Shown: piece after piece, positions 13,224 through 27,100 of the stretch
How positions within the stretch are numbered: position 1 is the stretch's first letter
Layout of the letters: every line of letters begins with the position of its first letter
Assembly: GCA_002189035.1 (NCBI GenBank)
Contig: NEEC01000015.1
Location: 1,178,001-1,242,000 of the forward strand
Direction: 5' to 3'
Source of the DNA: Utricularia gibba
Lineage: Eukaryota; Plantae; Magnoliophyta
DNA length: 64,000 nucleotides
Position numbers and translations under genes: made by a program
Notes under the pieces: model-generated
Told to the model about the DNA's origin: nothing
What the model saw: the letters and a program-made list of their open reading frames with translations, nothing else
Database searches by the model: none

Positions 13224-13912
13224 ACCCTGAAAAAACAGAACTCGCCTCCATCAAAACAGAGTACCGCAGATCTACCGTTCCACACAGAAAACGTAAATTC
13301 ACTCCTTCTGAATCGATCAATCTACCTACAAAAACGGGATTCACAGGCTTTGCCTTCAAATCCCACGACGACGACGAGGTGCAGGAGCTCTATGGATGTG
13401 CCTACAACTCCATACAATTGAAGTTGGAGGCAAACAAAAATGGCAGGAAACCAAATCCGTACATTGATGTTATAGTAATCGTTTGTCAGACCCCTTGGAA
13501 CAGACAGAAGGAGCGGTTTTTTCGGTTGTCCTTCTACTGTTTTCCTTATTTTCCCCATATTTTACTCCTTTCGTATTATCACAATAATTTCTAAAAAATA
13601 TACTTTCACTATTTTTAGTATAATAAAAAAATATCAAATCTAAAATTAATCATTTATAAATTTTATTTTATTTAACAAATGTGGGAGGTTGATGTATTTA
13701 TTAATATTTTATGTCTCATCCATATTATAATAATCATATTTTAAAAAACTAAACGATACGTTTTTCGTTATTAAAAAAATAGTTATTAAATAGAAAAAAT
13801 ATTGGGCGGTTCAATTCAATCATTGGGTTGTTGTTTCAATGTGGGCCCATTTGAAAACAGTGGTCGCATCTATTGAGTTGAAAATTGAGAGGAGGAAACG
13901 CGAAATTGGAGG

Positions 13913-14329
13913 TCAGGAAAACTCAGCAGAATCGCCTTTTTGCAGAGTGGCCCCCGAAGAACCAAGAAATAACGAATCGACCCCGCGCTCTGCTTCAGTT
14001 CTCCCGATTGACGGATCCACCAGAGAGATTTGATCTTCCAGATATCTCTGCAGAATCCCCACTTCCTCTACTCCCAGCTTATCGCCGACGCCGATGGGAT
14101 TCTCCCTCCGCCGCTTCCCGCTCACGACGGCGTATATTTCAACGGCGCAGATGAACGGGAACGTCGCGCACAGCAAGGGGAGAAGAAAAGGGAGAAAAAC
14201 GATCAGGAAGAACAAATACCTCCATCGGCGACGGGTGATCCGGTGTCCCAGCATGGCGGAGACGGCGGAGGAGATCGAGGAGCACACGACGTCGTTTTCG
14301 GCACTATGCATGAGGCGCACTACTGGCAT
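13913..14329 (-). CDS. Conserved small plant membrane protein (At1g35430-like), intronless
   Basis: TRRRWRYLFFLIVFLPFLLPLLCATFPFICAVE and GILQRYLEDQ motifs match a conserved uncharacterised family (from recall). The true start may be a downstream ATG. Confidence 0.7.
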   Translation of the reverse strand: MPVVRLMHSAENDVVCSSISSAVSAMLGHRITRRRWRYLFFLIVFLPFLLPLLCATFPFICAVEIYAVVSGKRRRENPIGVGDKLGVEEVGILQRYLEDQISLVDPSIGRTEAERGVDSLFLGSSGATLQKGDSAEFS

Positions 14330-14889
14330 TCATTACTCGCCCCTAATTTACTATCGTCTTATCTGTTCTCATCTTCTTCTCGTTCATAACTTATTTTCAA
14401 TATATATATATATATATATTTAAAAATATCTCACTGTGCAATATTCACAATTTTATGCATAAAAAATCACGTTTAGTTTGATCTACAATTAAAAAACAAA
14501 TTTTTTAAATTCAAATTTTTCTTAGAAAATTACATTGAATTGGATTTATGTTTATAATTATTTTAATTAAATTACTCAATTTTTTTATTATTTTATATGA
14601 TATTATTTATTTTAAATATTATAAGGCCTTGTTACACTTTCCAACCCAAAACCTATTGACACGTGGGCGTCGGTATGCGATTCAATGTCAGACCATAATC
14701 GAGTCGGGCCTGGCCCACAACATATATCATCATATCTGATGGACCCAATAGCTCCTGAAGCCCAGACTTCAGTAGCTCTACGCTTTTATGCAGGTGGGCC
14801 TTCCGAGCCGGGGCCCCCCAGACCTCTACAAACCACCGAAACGTGTCCGGGCCCACAATGAAATAGCGGTGGTTTTAATTTGTAAGCAT

Positions 14890-15409
14890 CAGTGTTTTAA
14901 AAACGGGTTGAACCCATTAAACCGTTTAACTATGGTTTTGGATTCAACCGTTTTTAAAATGGGTTGAACCGGTTTCATTAATTTTGAATTATATTTATTA
15001 AAATATTAGAATATAATTATAAAATCATAATTTAATATATTAAAATATTGAAAATATTAAAAATAAAAATATATCTCTCAATAATTGATGAAATTACATT
15101 AAAAGTTTTATCAAAATCATATTTATCATTTCATATCTCATTCAAATAATGTATAATTTAAATATAAATAATTATTTTCCACTATCAATATAAATACATA
15201 TATAAAAATATAATTATTAAGATTTATTTAAAATATATATCAAATATGTATAACATATTTTATATTTATTTATAACCATTATAATAAAATAAATAATAAA
15301 AAATTAAAAAATTAAAAGTAAAGGATACGGTTGGATCCAAACCACCAATACATGGGTTCGGATCTAACCGGATCGAACCATGGGTCGAACCCAGGTTTTT
15401 AAAACACCG
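14890..15409. mobile_element. Non-autonomous hAT-type MITE, 520 bp
   Basis: 15-bp TIRs CAGTGTTTTAAAAAC / CGGTGTTTTAAAAAC (1 mismatch); perfect 8-bp TSD GTAAGCAT at 14882-14889 and 15410-15417; AACCG/AACCC subterminal repeats; AT-rich core. Confidence 0.92.
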
Positions 15410-15466
15410 GTAAGCATGCTGTTGGCACCAGCCTCCAGACATATTGAATAATTTAATAGATTTTAA

Positions 15467-15484
15467 TTTAGGGTTTAGGGTTTA
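15467..15484 (+). repeat. Short interstitial telomeric repeat (TTTAGGG)2.5
   Basis: TTTAGGGTTTAGGGTTTA. Confidence 0.6.
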
Positions 15485-17996
15485 TAATTTAAAATTTTGA
15501 CCCGATTCCATTACTATATATACATAAAAAATGTGGCTAGAAATTCTTTGCCTTTCAGAAGAAAAAAAATTCGAGAATTATATTATTTTAATGTTTTTTG
15601 TGTGGATAATGGCACAGTTGCGCTGTCCCGCATGGGGCTAACCGTTTATTATTACAGGCTGAAGATAATCCACGGGGTCTTCCCATAGGCACCTAGAGGG
15701 GAAACGACAACGTAATGGCAATTATTATTATTATTATTTGATATTATCCCTGGGAATAATTATAAATATCCGTTATAAAAAAATTACATTATACAACCAA
15801 AACTTATCCCAATGAAATTAATTAAAAAATCAAACATTTGAAAAAATGGGAAACCAATTGATTCTCGATCATCTTTCTAATATTATAAATAAGTATAGAA
15901 AAGGCATCCAATATTTTTTTGTAATATTTATATAACATGTGTTTATGCAGTCAAAAATAACTTTAATCCAACAACCAATTCTAATACTTGAAAAAAAAGA
16001 ATTAAAATTAAATAGTATTATTGTAGAATAAATTGAAATAAAATAGTTAAATTGATAACAAAAAATAATGCTTAAATTACAAAAAAATAAGTTCGAAAAA
16101 TTTAAAAGTGTATGAGTTGTTAGTCGAATCTCAAATACCAATTAGTCAATTCGACTCATATGATTGATCAACTTATCTTATAACACAAGTTCGAATACAT
16201 ATACTTGAAAAAAGGGGATAAGAAGTAAATCTCTTTCGTCCCTATTGTGTATGGTGTTGACCTTTGAGGGGGATGCCCCTATAATTGCAATGGTGAAGCA
16301 ATGTTTATCCTCTAAGGCTAGGGTTTGGTAATGACAGACTCTAAAAAAGATTAAATAGAAGGATACTCCTAATAATATATAAAATTTTCTTTTTTAAAAC
16401 AAACGTAAAACTATAAATATTAAATGTTCGAAATGAATAATATTGTATATCACGATATATCTCACTTATCAAAGTCTCGACGATACCGACTTCACATTTG
16501 AGCGTACCATGTAACAGTTGCGGCAGGCCACAGACCGAAGACCCGACCCGGGAACGAAAGCATACAAAATGAACATGTAATAGTATTCTCATAACATAAA
16601 ATTTCAGCTGATTGCATTATTTGCGTGACATTGACATTCCGAATGGATGCGTAGATTGTGACATATAACCTCAACTATGTGGAAGCATTATGTTAGGCAT
16701 GAAATGTACAACACATGTACAAGGAATAGATCCAAATTATTAGTTCCAAGCTCACACGATATACAAAATGATGTTGATGCGCATAAATAATATATTCCTT
16801 AACTTAAAAAACATAAAAATATAGGTGTAAAGTTGATTGGAATGGTCCTCTCATTTAGTACAAAAGTCCATTTGGGAAGACTTGGGCTCTTCGAGAAACG
16901 TCTTTAAAATAATGTTAGCTATCAAATTAAATCGATTTTTATGAATAAAAATTCAATGTATTAGAAGTTAGGAAGATTAAATTGAAACGACTACTTTTTG
17001 AATAATAAAGGAAGAAAGTACCAAGGTGATGGACTAATGCAAATTAAAGTGCAGGGGGGGGGGGGGGACCTTTAGGCATTCCATTTTGAATGAAATAAAA
17101 ATATGGTTTAAGTCATATTGCATTTACAATAAAGAAATCAATTTATAATATTACATTATATATCCGAAACTACGCATTCGAATTGAAATTATCTATCAGT
17201 TTTTATTTCGTTTTAAAATTTAATTTTTTGTCTATTATGGATTTTGGAATCGAAATTATGCGATTTTGGATTGATTCGGTATTTTAAAAAACGTGAAACC
17301 ATGATCCTGGCCTAAATTTAGGCCACTCAACCGTTGGGTTTAAAATCAATTTAAAAAAAATAAAAAAAACAATTGGGTAGTATTAAAAAAATAAAGAATC
17401 AACTACCTATTGTCAACTAGTAGCTCAAATAATTAAATAATATGAATATATTTTTAAATTATTTCATACATTCTTTTATTTTCTACATATTACATCTCTA
17501 ATTCTTACATTTATGTACTTATGATTTTTTATTTGAAAGTACTATCGAAATTTGAATTTTTGCGACAACTATAATCCATGAACGGAAACTTACTAAAAAT
17601 TTATAAATAATTATCAAATGTTTTTATAGTTAATAAATAAAATTTATTTTTAAATTAATTTTTAATTTATTTCTGTTCATTTCAAGTTTTATCATTAAGA
17701 TTTGGAACGAAATCGGAATCGAAAAAAGAATTAAATCGTAATTTATGAATCATGGAATAATATCTATCCGTTTCTCGATGTACAACCGAAATAAAAATAA
17801 AATATTAATTATTTGATTATTTTATTTATTTATTAATGGGACCCAATGCTTTTTGGCTTTCCTCACTTTTCCATTTGTTCGCGTTTTCATTATTATTTAA
17901 TAAATACACGTTCTTCACGCCCCAACCCCACCGGTAGGGAGAAGAATTATTCGGAAGGTAGGGAGCGCGACGCTGCCACTACTACGAGTGAGAGAG

Positions 17997-20143
17997 ATGA
18001 CGATTTCCGCCGTTGTGAATGAGTCGCCGGAGAATGAGATTCCTTTGCTTGAAGATGCGGTTCCAGGCTCCGTGGATTTCAGGTGTCGTTCCTCCGTCCG
18101 ATCCAAATCAGGGACATGGAAATCGGCTTCTTTCATCATAGGTACGGATCTTTATCCACGATTCTTTGTGTGATTACCGGTTTTTTAGGGCTTTTCGCGT
18201 GGTTTTAGGTGCCGGGGTGGCGGAGAGATTTGCTTATTACGGAATAAGTTTGAATTTGGTGAGCTATTTGACTCATGAATTGGGACAGCCCACCGCATCC
18301 GCTGCCGCTAGTTTGAACGCGTGGTATGGGACGTCGTCCCTATTGCCGATTCTCGGTGCTTTCCTTGCTGATTCTTTCGTCGGCCGGTTCAAGATGATTA
18401 TTATTTCCGCTGTTTTGTACATAGCGGTAAGCAGATTTATTGGATTGCTTCTCTATATGGCCAATCCAACTCTGTTGTAAGCTGCTTTCAATTAGGCGTT
18501 TGTTGCTAACTTTCCGGTGTTGCTTCCCTGCACGCCATGTTTGGTTTCTTGACACAGGATTGATGAACTTAACCAGATCATGCTTCATGTTTGTTCTATG
18601 TGTGGAAGTTAGTTGGCATGTTTTTTTAGTGAAGTGTCGATTTTCGCATGTCACATCTTGTTTAAGAAAGTCATGATGCCGTGGATTACAGGGGCTCTGT
18701 TTCTTGACCCTGTCGACTACCCTTGGCCCACTTCGTTCTCCCGAATGCAATCATGGAGTGAACATTGGGTGTGCTCCGAACAAGATTCAGCTCAATTTCT
18801 TCTTCTTCTCGATGTATTTGGTGTCATTGGCTCAAGGTGGATTCACTCCCTGCGTTCAAGCTTTTGGAGCTGATCAGTTTGAGGATGATAACGAAAAAGA
18901 GTCTAAGGCGAAAAGCTCCTTCTTTAATTGGTGGTATTGTCTCTGTGTTGGGGGGATTATGTTGCCTCTGTTATCCCTAACATACATTCAAGAAAATGTG
19001 AGCTGGGAGCTGGGATTCGCGATCCCTGCTTTAACAATGCTCTTGGCACTGATGGTCTTCTTGATTGGAATTGTTACCTACCGGTTTCGGGTGGATGCTG
19101 ATGAAGGGAATCCTTTTTCAAGGGTGGCTCGTGTTTTCATCAGAGCAGCCAAGAATTGGCGTGTGCCTAATGCTGCTCTCTCCCTCGAAGAGGAAGGCCC
19201 TGAAAGTTCCTCATTTGTGAATCCTCGATTCCAGTGAGTATACCCCCATCCCGACCTTTGGTTGATTGACACCAGCTGAATGAACATGACAAGAACTCAA
19301 CACGCTTTGTTGTGTCTTTACAGGTTCCTGGACAGAGCCCTGATAGCCTCGGATGGCTTCTTAGATGAGAAACTATGCAGTATCAGCGATGTTGAGGATG
19401 CCAAGGGAATTCTGCGTCTGGCTCCCATCTGGTTTTCCTGCTTAGGCTACTCAATCGTATATGCACAGCCTTCCACTCTCTTCACCAAGCAAGCAGTCAC
19501 ACTGGACCTCCAGATAACTCCCTCATTCCGCATACCCGCAGCCTCTCTTCAGCAGTGCTTCATCACCACCAGCATAATGTTCGGCCTCCCGCTCTATGAC
19601 CGCATCTTCGTCCCAGTCGCAAGAGCCATCACCAAGAACCCCTCCGGCATCTCAATGCTCAACCGCATCTCATTCGGGTTATTCCTCTCCCTTGTCTCCA
19701 TCATCTTTGCTGCTCTGGTCGAAGCCAAACGCCTCGCCACTGCTCGTGAGTACGGCCTGGAAGACAACCCCGGTGCCACCATCCCCATGAGCGTGTGGTG
19801 GCTAGCGCCGCAATACTTGCTCTCCGCCGCCGGCGATGTGTTCGCCATGGTCGGACTTCAGGAGTTCTTCTATAACCAGGTCCCTAGTGAACTCAAGAGC
19901 ATCGGTCTCTCGATGTACCTTAGCATCCTCGGAATCGGGAGCCTGCTAAGCAGCTTCCTGGTGTCATCCATCCAGCAGTGGACCAGCTCCGGCGGCCGTG
20001 GTGGCTGGTTCTCCGACAACCTCAACCGCGCCCATCTCGACTATTTCTACTGGCTCCTCGCCGGAATCTGCACCACCGAATTAGTCGCCTTCTTCTACTT
20101 CACAAGATCGTACGTTTACCGCAGGAAAAGAAGCTTCCACTGA
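17997..20143 (+). CDS. NRT1/PTR family (NPF5.10-like) transporter, 4 exons
   Basis: SGTWKSASFIIG/AGVAERFAYYG, LGAFLADSF, GGFTPCVQAFGADQF, SSFFNWWY, WWLAPQY, GLQEFFYNQVP, NRAHLDYFYWLLA. Confidence 0.95.
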
Positions 20144-21256
20144 GACGTCCCCCCCCCCCCCCCAAAATGCTATTTATATGTAAATTATTCACGAGTGTGA
20201 ATGGTGGCTGTAGCATGGTAACCTGTATCTATGGGCATTTATGGGCCGGCTCTTTGTGTTTGGGCCCGTTACTGTTTGTTAGGCCCAGATGCCCCTTTGA
20301 AATTCAAGTGAATTGTCTACACTTTCTCGATATCGAAATAAGGAAAATGTAGGGGCCTGGTAGCAAATTATTTTATTCTTTAAGGGGCACCGTTAATCGC
20401 GCCACCAACGTTGGAATCAACTTACAAAGAATGAATAAAAAATTTCTGAATGATGATGAACAGCTGGCGGTTGAGGTGAGTGTTTTAAAATATGGCACTA
20501 AACTCAATTAAATTTTTATTTTTAATAAAAAACACATTATACCTCAAAATTCAAAATTTATTATATACAATTATTCATAATTATACAATTATTGAATAGC
20601 ATTCATAGTCTATTTTAAAAAAAAATAGGAGTCGCAGCAACCGTACCCACTTTCGGGATATAATAAAATATTTATTTATTACAATTTTCCCACCAATATG
20701 TTGAAGTACACGAGTTTTATTACAAATAAGGTAAGTATAGAAAATTCTAGAATATTCCTAAATTAAGACCTAAATTGCCATTAAGGAATAGAATAGCGGG
20801 AATGTCTGAATTTAAAACTGCAATGGTGTCATGAGGTGGCGCACATAGGATACCTGCCGCCTGTTGTTACGGTCAAACCCCTGGGCCCACACTCCTATCT
20901 TACAGGCTACAGCCCACGCCCCGCCGTCGTCATTATTTTACCGCCGCCGCAATGGGGTGAATATATTTCACCCCGGTTCACCGCGGCGACGGCGGTAATT
21001 GTGAAATATACTGTGGAAAGAGGGAGGTGGACGTGGGGCCCGCTGAATGGGGTGCGGAGCTGGCAAAAAAATCCGACTTGGACAGACTGTCCCTCTTTGG
21101 TTCACGCTTCCCGGCCACTACAAATTCTGGCCTTTTTTCGCGTTTCAATTGCCAGCTTCTTCTGCGATCACGCGGTAGCAAAAGGTTGCTTTTTTTGAGG
21201 GGATTGAGTGAAGTTTAATTCTCATTTTGGGGTTTTTGATTTGACTGAAGAATAAT

Positions 21257-23049
21257 ATGGCTGAGGAATCTAAGGTTCCGGCACCCGCGGCTGATGTCGT
21301 GGCGGAGGCGGTGACAGGGGCAGCGTTGGAGACTGGGGTGGTTGAGAAGGCGGAGACGGTGGTTGAGGAGAGGAAGGTTTTGGAGTGTGAGTCGTTTAAG
21401 GAGGAAAGCAACAACGTTAAGGATCTCGTTGATCGGGAGAAGAAAGCTTTGGATGAACTCAAGTTGCTGATCCAGGAGGCCCTCAACAAGCGCGAGTTCT
21501 CAACTTCACCGCCGCCTCCGGTTCCGGAGGAGAAGGTCAAGGAAAAGCCGAATGTCGACGCATCGGAGTCTGAGACGGAAGTTCCGCCTCCGCCACCTGC
21601 TTCCCAGCCCGTGACTGAAGAGGCGACGGTGGAGAGCGTTCAGGAAGCCACACCACCACCGGAGACCGAAGTAAAGGAGCCAGTGGAAACCACTGAAGTG
21701 GTCAAAGAGACCGTCGTTGAAGAACTCACAGCCCCTGTTCTAACGCTGGAGATACCTTCCGTTCCGGCAGCGGGGGAGGAAAAAGCACCCCTTTCACCGG
21801 AGGAAATTTCCATCTGGGGCGTCACCCTTCTCGCAGATGAGAGGAGCGATGTCATTCTACTGAAATTCCTGAGAGCCAGAGACTTCAAAGTGAAGGAAGC
21901 TTTCGCGATGCTTAAAAGCGTCGTGGCCTGGAGAAAAGAGTTCAAAATGGAAGAGCTTTTGGAAGAAGAACAAGGCACAGATGAAGGGCTCGAAAGGGCA
22001 ATATATCTCCATGGATCTGATCGCGAAGGACATCCTGTTTGCTACAACGCCTTTGGAGAATTCCAGGATAAGGAGCTCTACAACAGCGTATTTGCTGATG
22101 CTCAGAAAAGATCCAAGTTCTTGAGGTTCTTCATCAAGTTCTTGGAGAAGAACATCCGGAAACTAGATTTCACCCCTGAAGGTGTCTCCACCATCGTTCA
22201 GATCATCGATCTCAAGAACTCACCGTGGCTCATCTGGTTCAAGAAAGAACTTCGTCAATCTACAAACCAAGCCCTTCATCTTCTTCAGGACAACTATCCA
22301 GAATTCGTAGCTAAACAGGTACAAGAACGCTCTGATTTCCCTGCTAGATTTCAAAGTTGCTGATTTGAACTAACGATTCCTGTAGATCTTCATCAACGTG
22401 CCCTGGTGGTACGTGGCGTACAACAGACTGATCAGCCCCTTTCTGACTCAAAGAACCAAGAGCAAGTTTGTGTTCGCAGGGCCAACAAGGACCACCGAGA
22501 CCCTTTTCAAGTCAGTGATGAGGAATTCGATTCAATCTTCTGTTATATCTCTGTAATCTGAAATGAGAAACCTGTCTGTCACAGGTACATAGCACCAGAG
22601 CAGCTTCCAGTTCAATATGGTGGCCTTAACAAGGCTGGTGAGCAAGACTTCACCCCTGCGGACTCTGCAACTGAGGAAATCATCAAGCCAACTTCCAAGC
22701 ACACTGTGGAATTAGCCATCACTAAGGTGCACTGCATTTTCCATCCTTGTTCAAACATGGAGTTCATCTCAATGTGCCTGTGCTTTTGTAGATCGGAACT
22801 CTGGACTGGGAGGTGAGAATCATCGGCTGGGACATCAGCTATGCTGCTGAATTCGTCCCTGATGCTGATGGAAGCTACACGTGGATAGTTCAGAAGGCTA
22901 AGAAGATCGCCCCGGCCGAGGAGCAACTCATCAGATACACCTTCAAGGCAACCGAACCAGGAAAAGTAGTGCTCACATTCCATAACCAGACACCTAAGAA
23001 GAAGAAGCTGCTCTACAGGTCCAAGACGAAGCCCTCAGGATGCATCTGA
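21257..23049 (+). CDS. PATL: Patellin (Sec14/CRAL-TRIO + GOLD), PATL3/5-like
   Basis: Acidic Pro/Glu-rich N-terminus; DVILLKFLRARDFKVKEAF; LQDNYPEFVAKQ/IFINVPWWY; GOLD segment WDISYAAEFVP...GKVVLTFHN. Confidence 0.95.
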
Positions 23050-24107
23050 AGTGTCCCTTTGTTCATTCACACAGTCCATTCCTTGGTTACGCCACACAAC
23101 TTAAACTCCCATGAGCCCCGGTTGCTGCCATGATTCAATAAAATCTCTTTCCTGATGCTCCAAAACCACAATCCAGTCCTCTGCTCTGACAGTGTCGCCC
23201 CTTTCTATTCTATCAAACATCTATCTCTGACATGAAGATGAAAGAAAGGAACAAGTACCCGATGCTGCTGGCTGCTCTCAGTTTCCTGCATTTGGCACAT
23301 GCCCCTCTAAGACCTGAAAAAGACAAGAGAAAAAGCAGAAACAAATTCAACCTGGTGGGGTGGGGTTTCTTTCACCTCCCATCAAAGTGTTCATGCTACA
23401 TCAGTACATAAATTTAAGGTCCCAACCATTCTAATCACCCAGAAGCATTCAAAGTCCACTTGATTTCATTCAGGTCAAAGGAAACACATGAACAATCATG
23501 GTCTGATTTGAACAGTAGCAGTGACCCTCAATCCCATGCCATTATTTTCTTGGAGCTGACCAGCCTCCAACACCAATCAATATCCAAGCTTGGTAAACAG
23601 AGTGTTCAATGATTAATTATTTGGTCATTTTTTAAATAAAGAAATGTTTATCACAGTGGTTAATGCAAAACTATTGGCATGGGCCCACTTGACTACGGAT
23701 TGGGCTTTAGAAAATAGAACGTAGCCCATTAATAATTTTGAATGCCCAACTGTTTCAAGAAATTGAACCGGACCCAATTAGGTCGTATTCTAAATTCAAT
23801 TTCTACTATTAATTTTAAAAATTATCAAATTTTTAATTTATATTTTAGTAACTAAATACAAAATTAATTAAAAATGAAAGTATTCATTTTTTGTGCAAAC
23901 CAAAAAAAATTTATATCATCAACTTAAGTATTTATTAAACGCTTCAGTATATAATTTAATTTATTAAATTTTATAGTAGTCGTTGAAATAATTTTATAAT
24001 ATCAAAATTGATTTTATTCTAATTAATATTCAACTGATGGTAAATAAAGAATTTCAAAATTCAAATATTAATTACTCGTAATGCATGATCCATCATCGTG
24101 AATGCGA

Positions 24108-27100
24108 CTACCGTTTTCCATGGCGGCGCTTCTTAGACTTGCTTTCGTCCCTGCGGGACGCGGTTCCGGCGTCGGCGTTAACGTCCTCGTAGCTGATGGG
24201 TTTGATGATGAACCCAGGCTTCTTCACAACCTGCTCAAACAGCAAATGGAGTTGGTAGGTGTTAGAATGGATCGGAGCGAGAAAGAAACGCACCTCTGGG
24301 CGGATAAGGGGTCCGGCGGCTGTTGCCGGGTTGAACTCCGGTCCGATTGGCATTCGGACGCTTTGCTCGAACACTTCTTTGGATGTGAAGGGGAACGGCA
24401 GCGTTTGCGTGACTAGTTTCTCAGCCTGTTGCGAGGATAGGGAGTTTCAGACATGAAAAGCTTATCGAGTTGCCTCATGGGAGTGCAAAATGGACTGACT
24501 GACTGACCTTTTTGTCCAGTCTCTCGGAGATGATGACATTGCTGAGATGAGCGTCTTTCCTTTTCTTCAGGGATTCTAACCTTTTCTTCTCAGCCATTTC
24601 TTGTTCCTGTATCATCCAGCTAGGCAACCCCTTCTTTTGCTGTATGTCTGTCCACTGACCCCAGCCAGGAAGTGAAACCGGTTTCTCTGGTTCGGGGTTT
24701 TCCTCATCCAGAACAGCTTCCTTGTCTTTCTTGAACTCTTCCGTAACATCGTCACCAGCAAAAGCTCTCTGTATCAGCTCTGCTTGAGATGGGAGTTCAT
24801 AGGTGGTGCTTCTAGGACCCGAGGACAAAATTCCATCAACCATTTCATCAGCACTATCTTCGTCCTCCTGCAAATAATTTCCATTTTAGATAGAATGTTA
24901 TGACCATTTGGCAGCCCGCATAATTGGTACATTCAAAGCGCAATACCTGGATACTTAAATCATCTTTTTCCTGTTCTGCAGAAACATCGGAATTGATAGC
25001 AGTTTTGCTGTTTTCTGGCTGTTTTCCGGCACCTGTAGACCTTTTTATCTATTGAGCAACAATAGCCTGGATTACATACCAGTCGGGAGAAAACTGACAG
25101 AGCAACAATTTTTTTAAAAAAAATAAAACAAACTGCTAGAAAATCTCACCTTCTTCCATGAATCAGAGCCTAGATAAGCCACCTCATAAGTTTCCTTGGG
25201 CTCAGGATCTTCTGACACCTCAAAGGTCTGCCGAGAGAAAAAAGTATAGCGTGCATTACATATCAACAGCATGTCAGAAAGAGTCAGAGCGAACAATATA
25301 AGAAACATTCATCACCTCAAGGACAGAATTAAGGCTGTTCTCGAACTCTTCTCTAAGAATGTTAGGGTCAATGTCCGAATCTCTGAGGGACTTGTCATTT
25401 TGAGTTTGCTGAAGAAGATTTTCTTCCTGGACTTCATCGTTTTCAGAATCACTGTCACCATAGTAGTTATCTACCTTAGCACTATCCCTGGCTTCCTTAC
25501 TGGCCTGTTTAGGGGCACCGAAGGTCCTCCTGCCACTTGAAATGCGCTTCTCACTATTGCATGACATATCTTTACCCTGGAGTTTTTGTGATGATGATTC
25601 AAATTCCGCAAGAGCAAGCTTTGCTTCCTCGTCAGCAGCATCTTTTTTCTTTTGTAAACCACGAATCTGTATTCTCAAGAAAAAAAATGCAACTTCGATC
25701 GGATTTCAACACGATAAAACATATTTTTCTATAATAAGGACATAAACGCAGATAAGTAATGGTGACCCAAGTTATCATTCAAAAGAGCTCAGACAGAGAA
25801 CTTGTTAAAAAACCAAAGAGGGACCAGAAGATTACCATAAATGGCAAAGAGAGGACTCCGGACTTGGGCAACTCTTCATCCTGTTCCAATAATTTAACCG
25901 TTTTCTCCTTAGCCCTGTTCAATAATTTTGATTGAGTCGCCTGATCTGAAGTGTCTGATGCAGTCCCACTGTCATCATCACTGCTCTCGTCGCTGCTGCT
26001 CTCTTTCAGTGAATTTATTTTTCTCGTCAAAGCAGCATGTTGATTGAGCTGCTCACCAAAAGCTTCTCTTGTTGCTTCGTCCTGGGCGTTTAGACCACGC
26101 CGTAGAATTCTTTTCGCCCATTTGGAGCTGTTTTTATGTTTCAGCGTCATCCGCTCCTAAAAGCATCACACAGCAAGTATAGCAACGTCCCTAAATAGGT
26201 ACAAAACCGATAAAAAATCAAAAGAAAATGAAGAATGGCAATAATTACCTGTGCCCTCTTAAACTCTTGCTCCCTGGCCTGTTTCTTCGCTGCTTCAGGA
26301 TCCATTAGTAACCCAGCATCAGCAGCTTTTCTTCTGTCCTTCTTCAACAAACGGTGATACGTTCTAGATTTTATCTTTTTCACTCGTTTCGCTCTGACTT
26401 CATGGTAAAAGAGCAAACTTCGCGTTTTTGCCAGGCGTTCCTGCCTATCCTTCACATCGTCAAAGGAAATCTGCACAAGTAATCAAGAATGTTTATCACT
26501 GAATCATCCTAATACTCCTAGACAGGAAATGTAACAGGAAAAAACTGTAGGGGATAGGTATGATGTAAAATTGATAGTGTTAGTCAATAATATACCTTGT
26601 TCATTTCAAGAAGTGTAGCTCCATCTTTCATGTGAGCATCAGCAAGCTCTTTTTTGCTTACCAAGGAGGCAATACTCTTTTCAAAATCATTTGTTGGTTC
26701 AAAGCCAGAAGCAATAGCTCCGATAGAACAAAAACTCGTATCCACATCTTCATCGAAATATAAAGTAGAAGCCTCTCTGTTCCTCTTGACCAGAGGTTCC
26801 CACTTAGCAATGTCCTTCTTAGATTGCTGATACGAGGCAACACGCTCAAATCTATCTTTTTCGGTTTTCGGAAGTGGTGTGAGAGTGGGCACCGATTTCT
26901 TCTCTGCCTGGTGCAAACCCTTCCTAAGTTTGCTGAACCCTGGAGTTCCATGCAGTAGGTCCTCAAGGTCTTTAATGCTAATTTTGCCATCGCCATCAAG
27001 AACATCACTTGTTGGATTAAATTCAGACTCCTGATAGCTTTCAGATACAATAAACTGCTTCCTTTTCCTACCTGCAAGAAAGTTCACGAATGATATCTTC

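Noticed and set aside
17054-20163. G14 tract (17054-17067) and C15 tract (20149-20163) bracketing the NPF gene as inverted termini
   Set aside because: Pure homopolymers with no flanking homology or TSD; probably coincidence.
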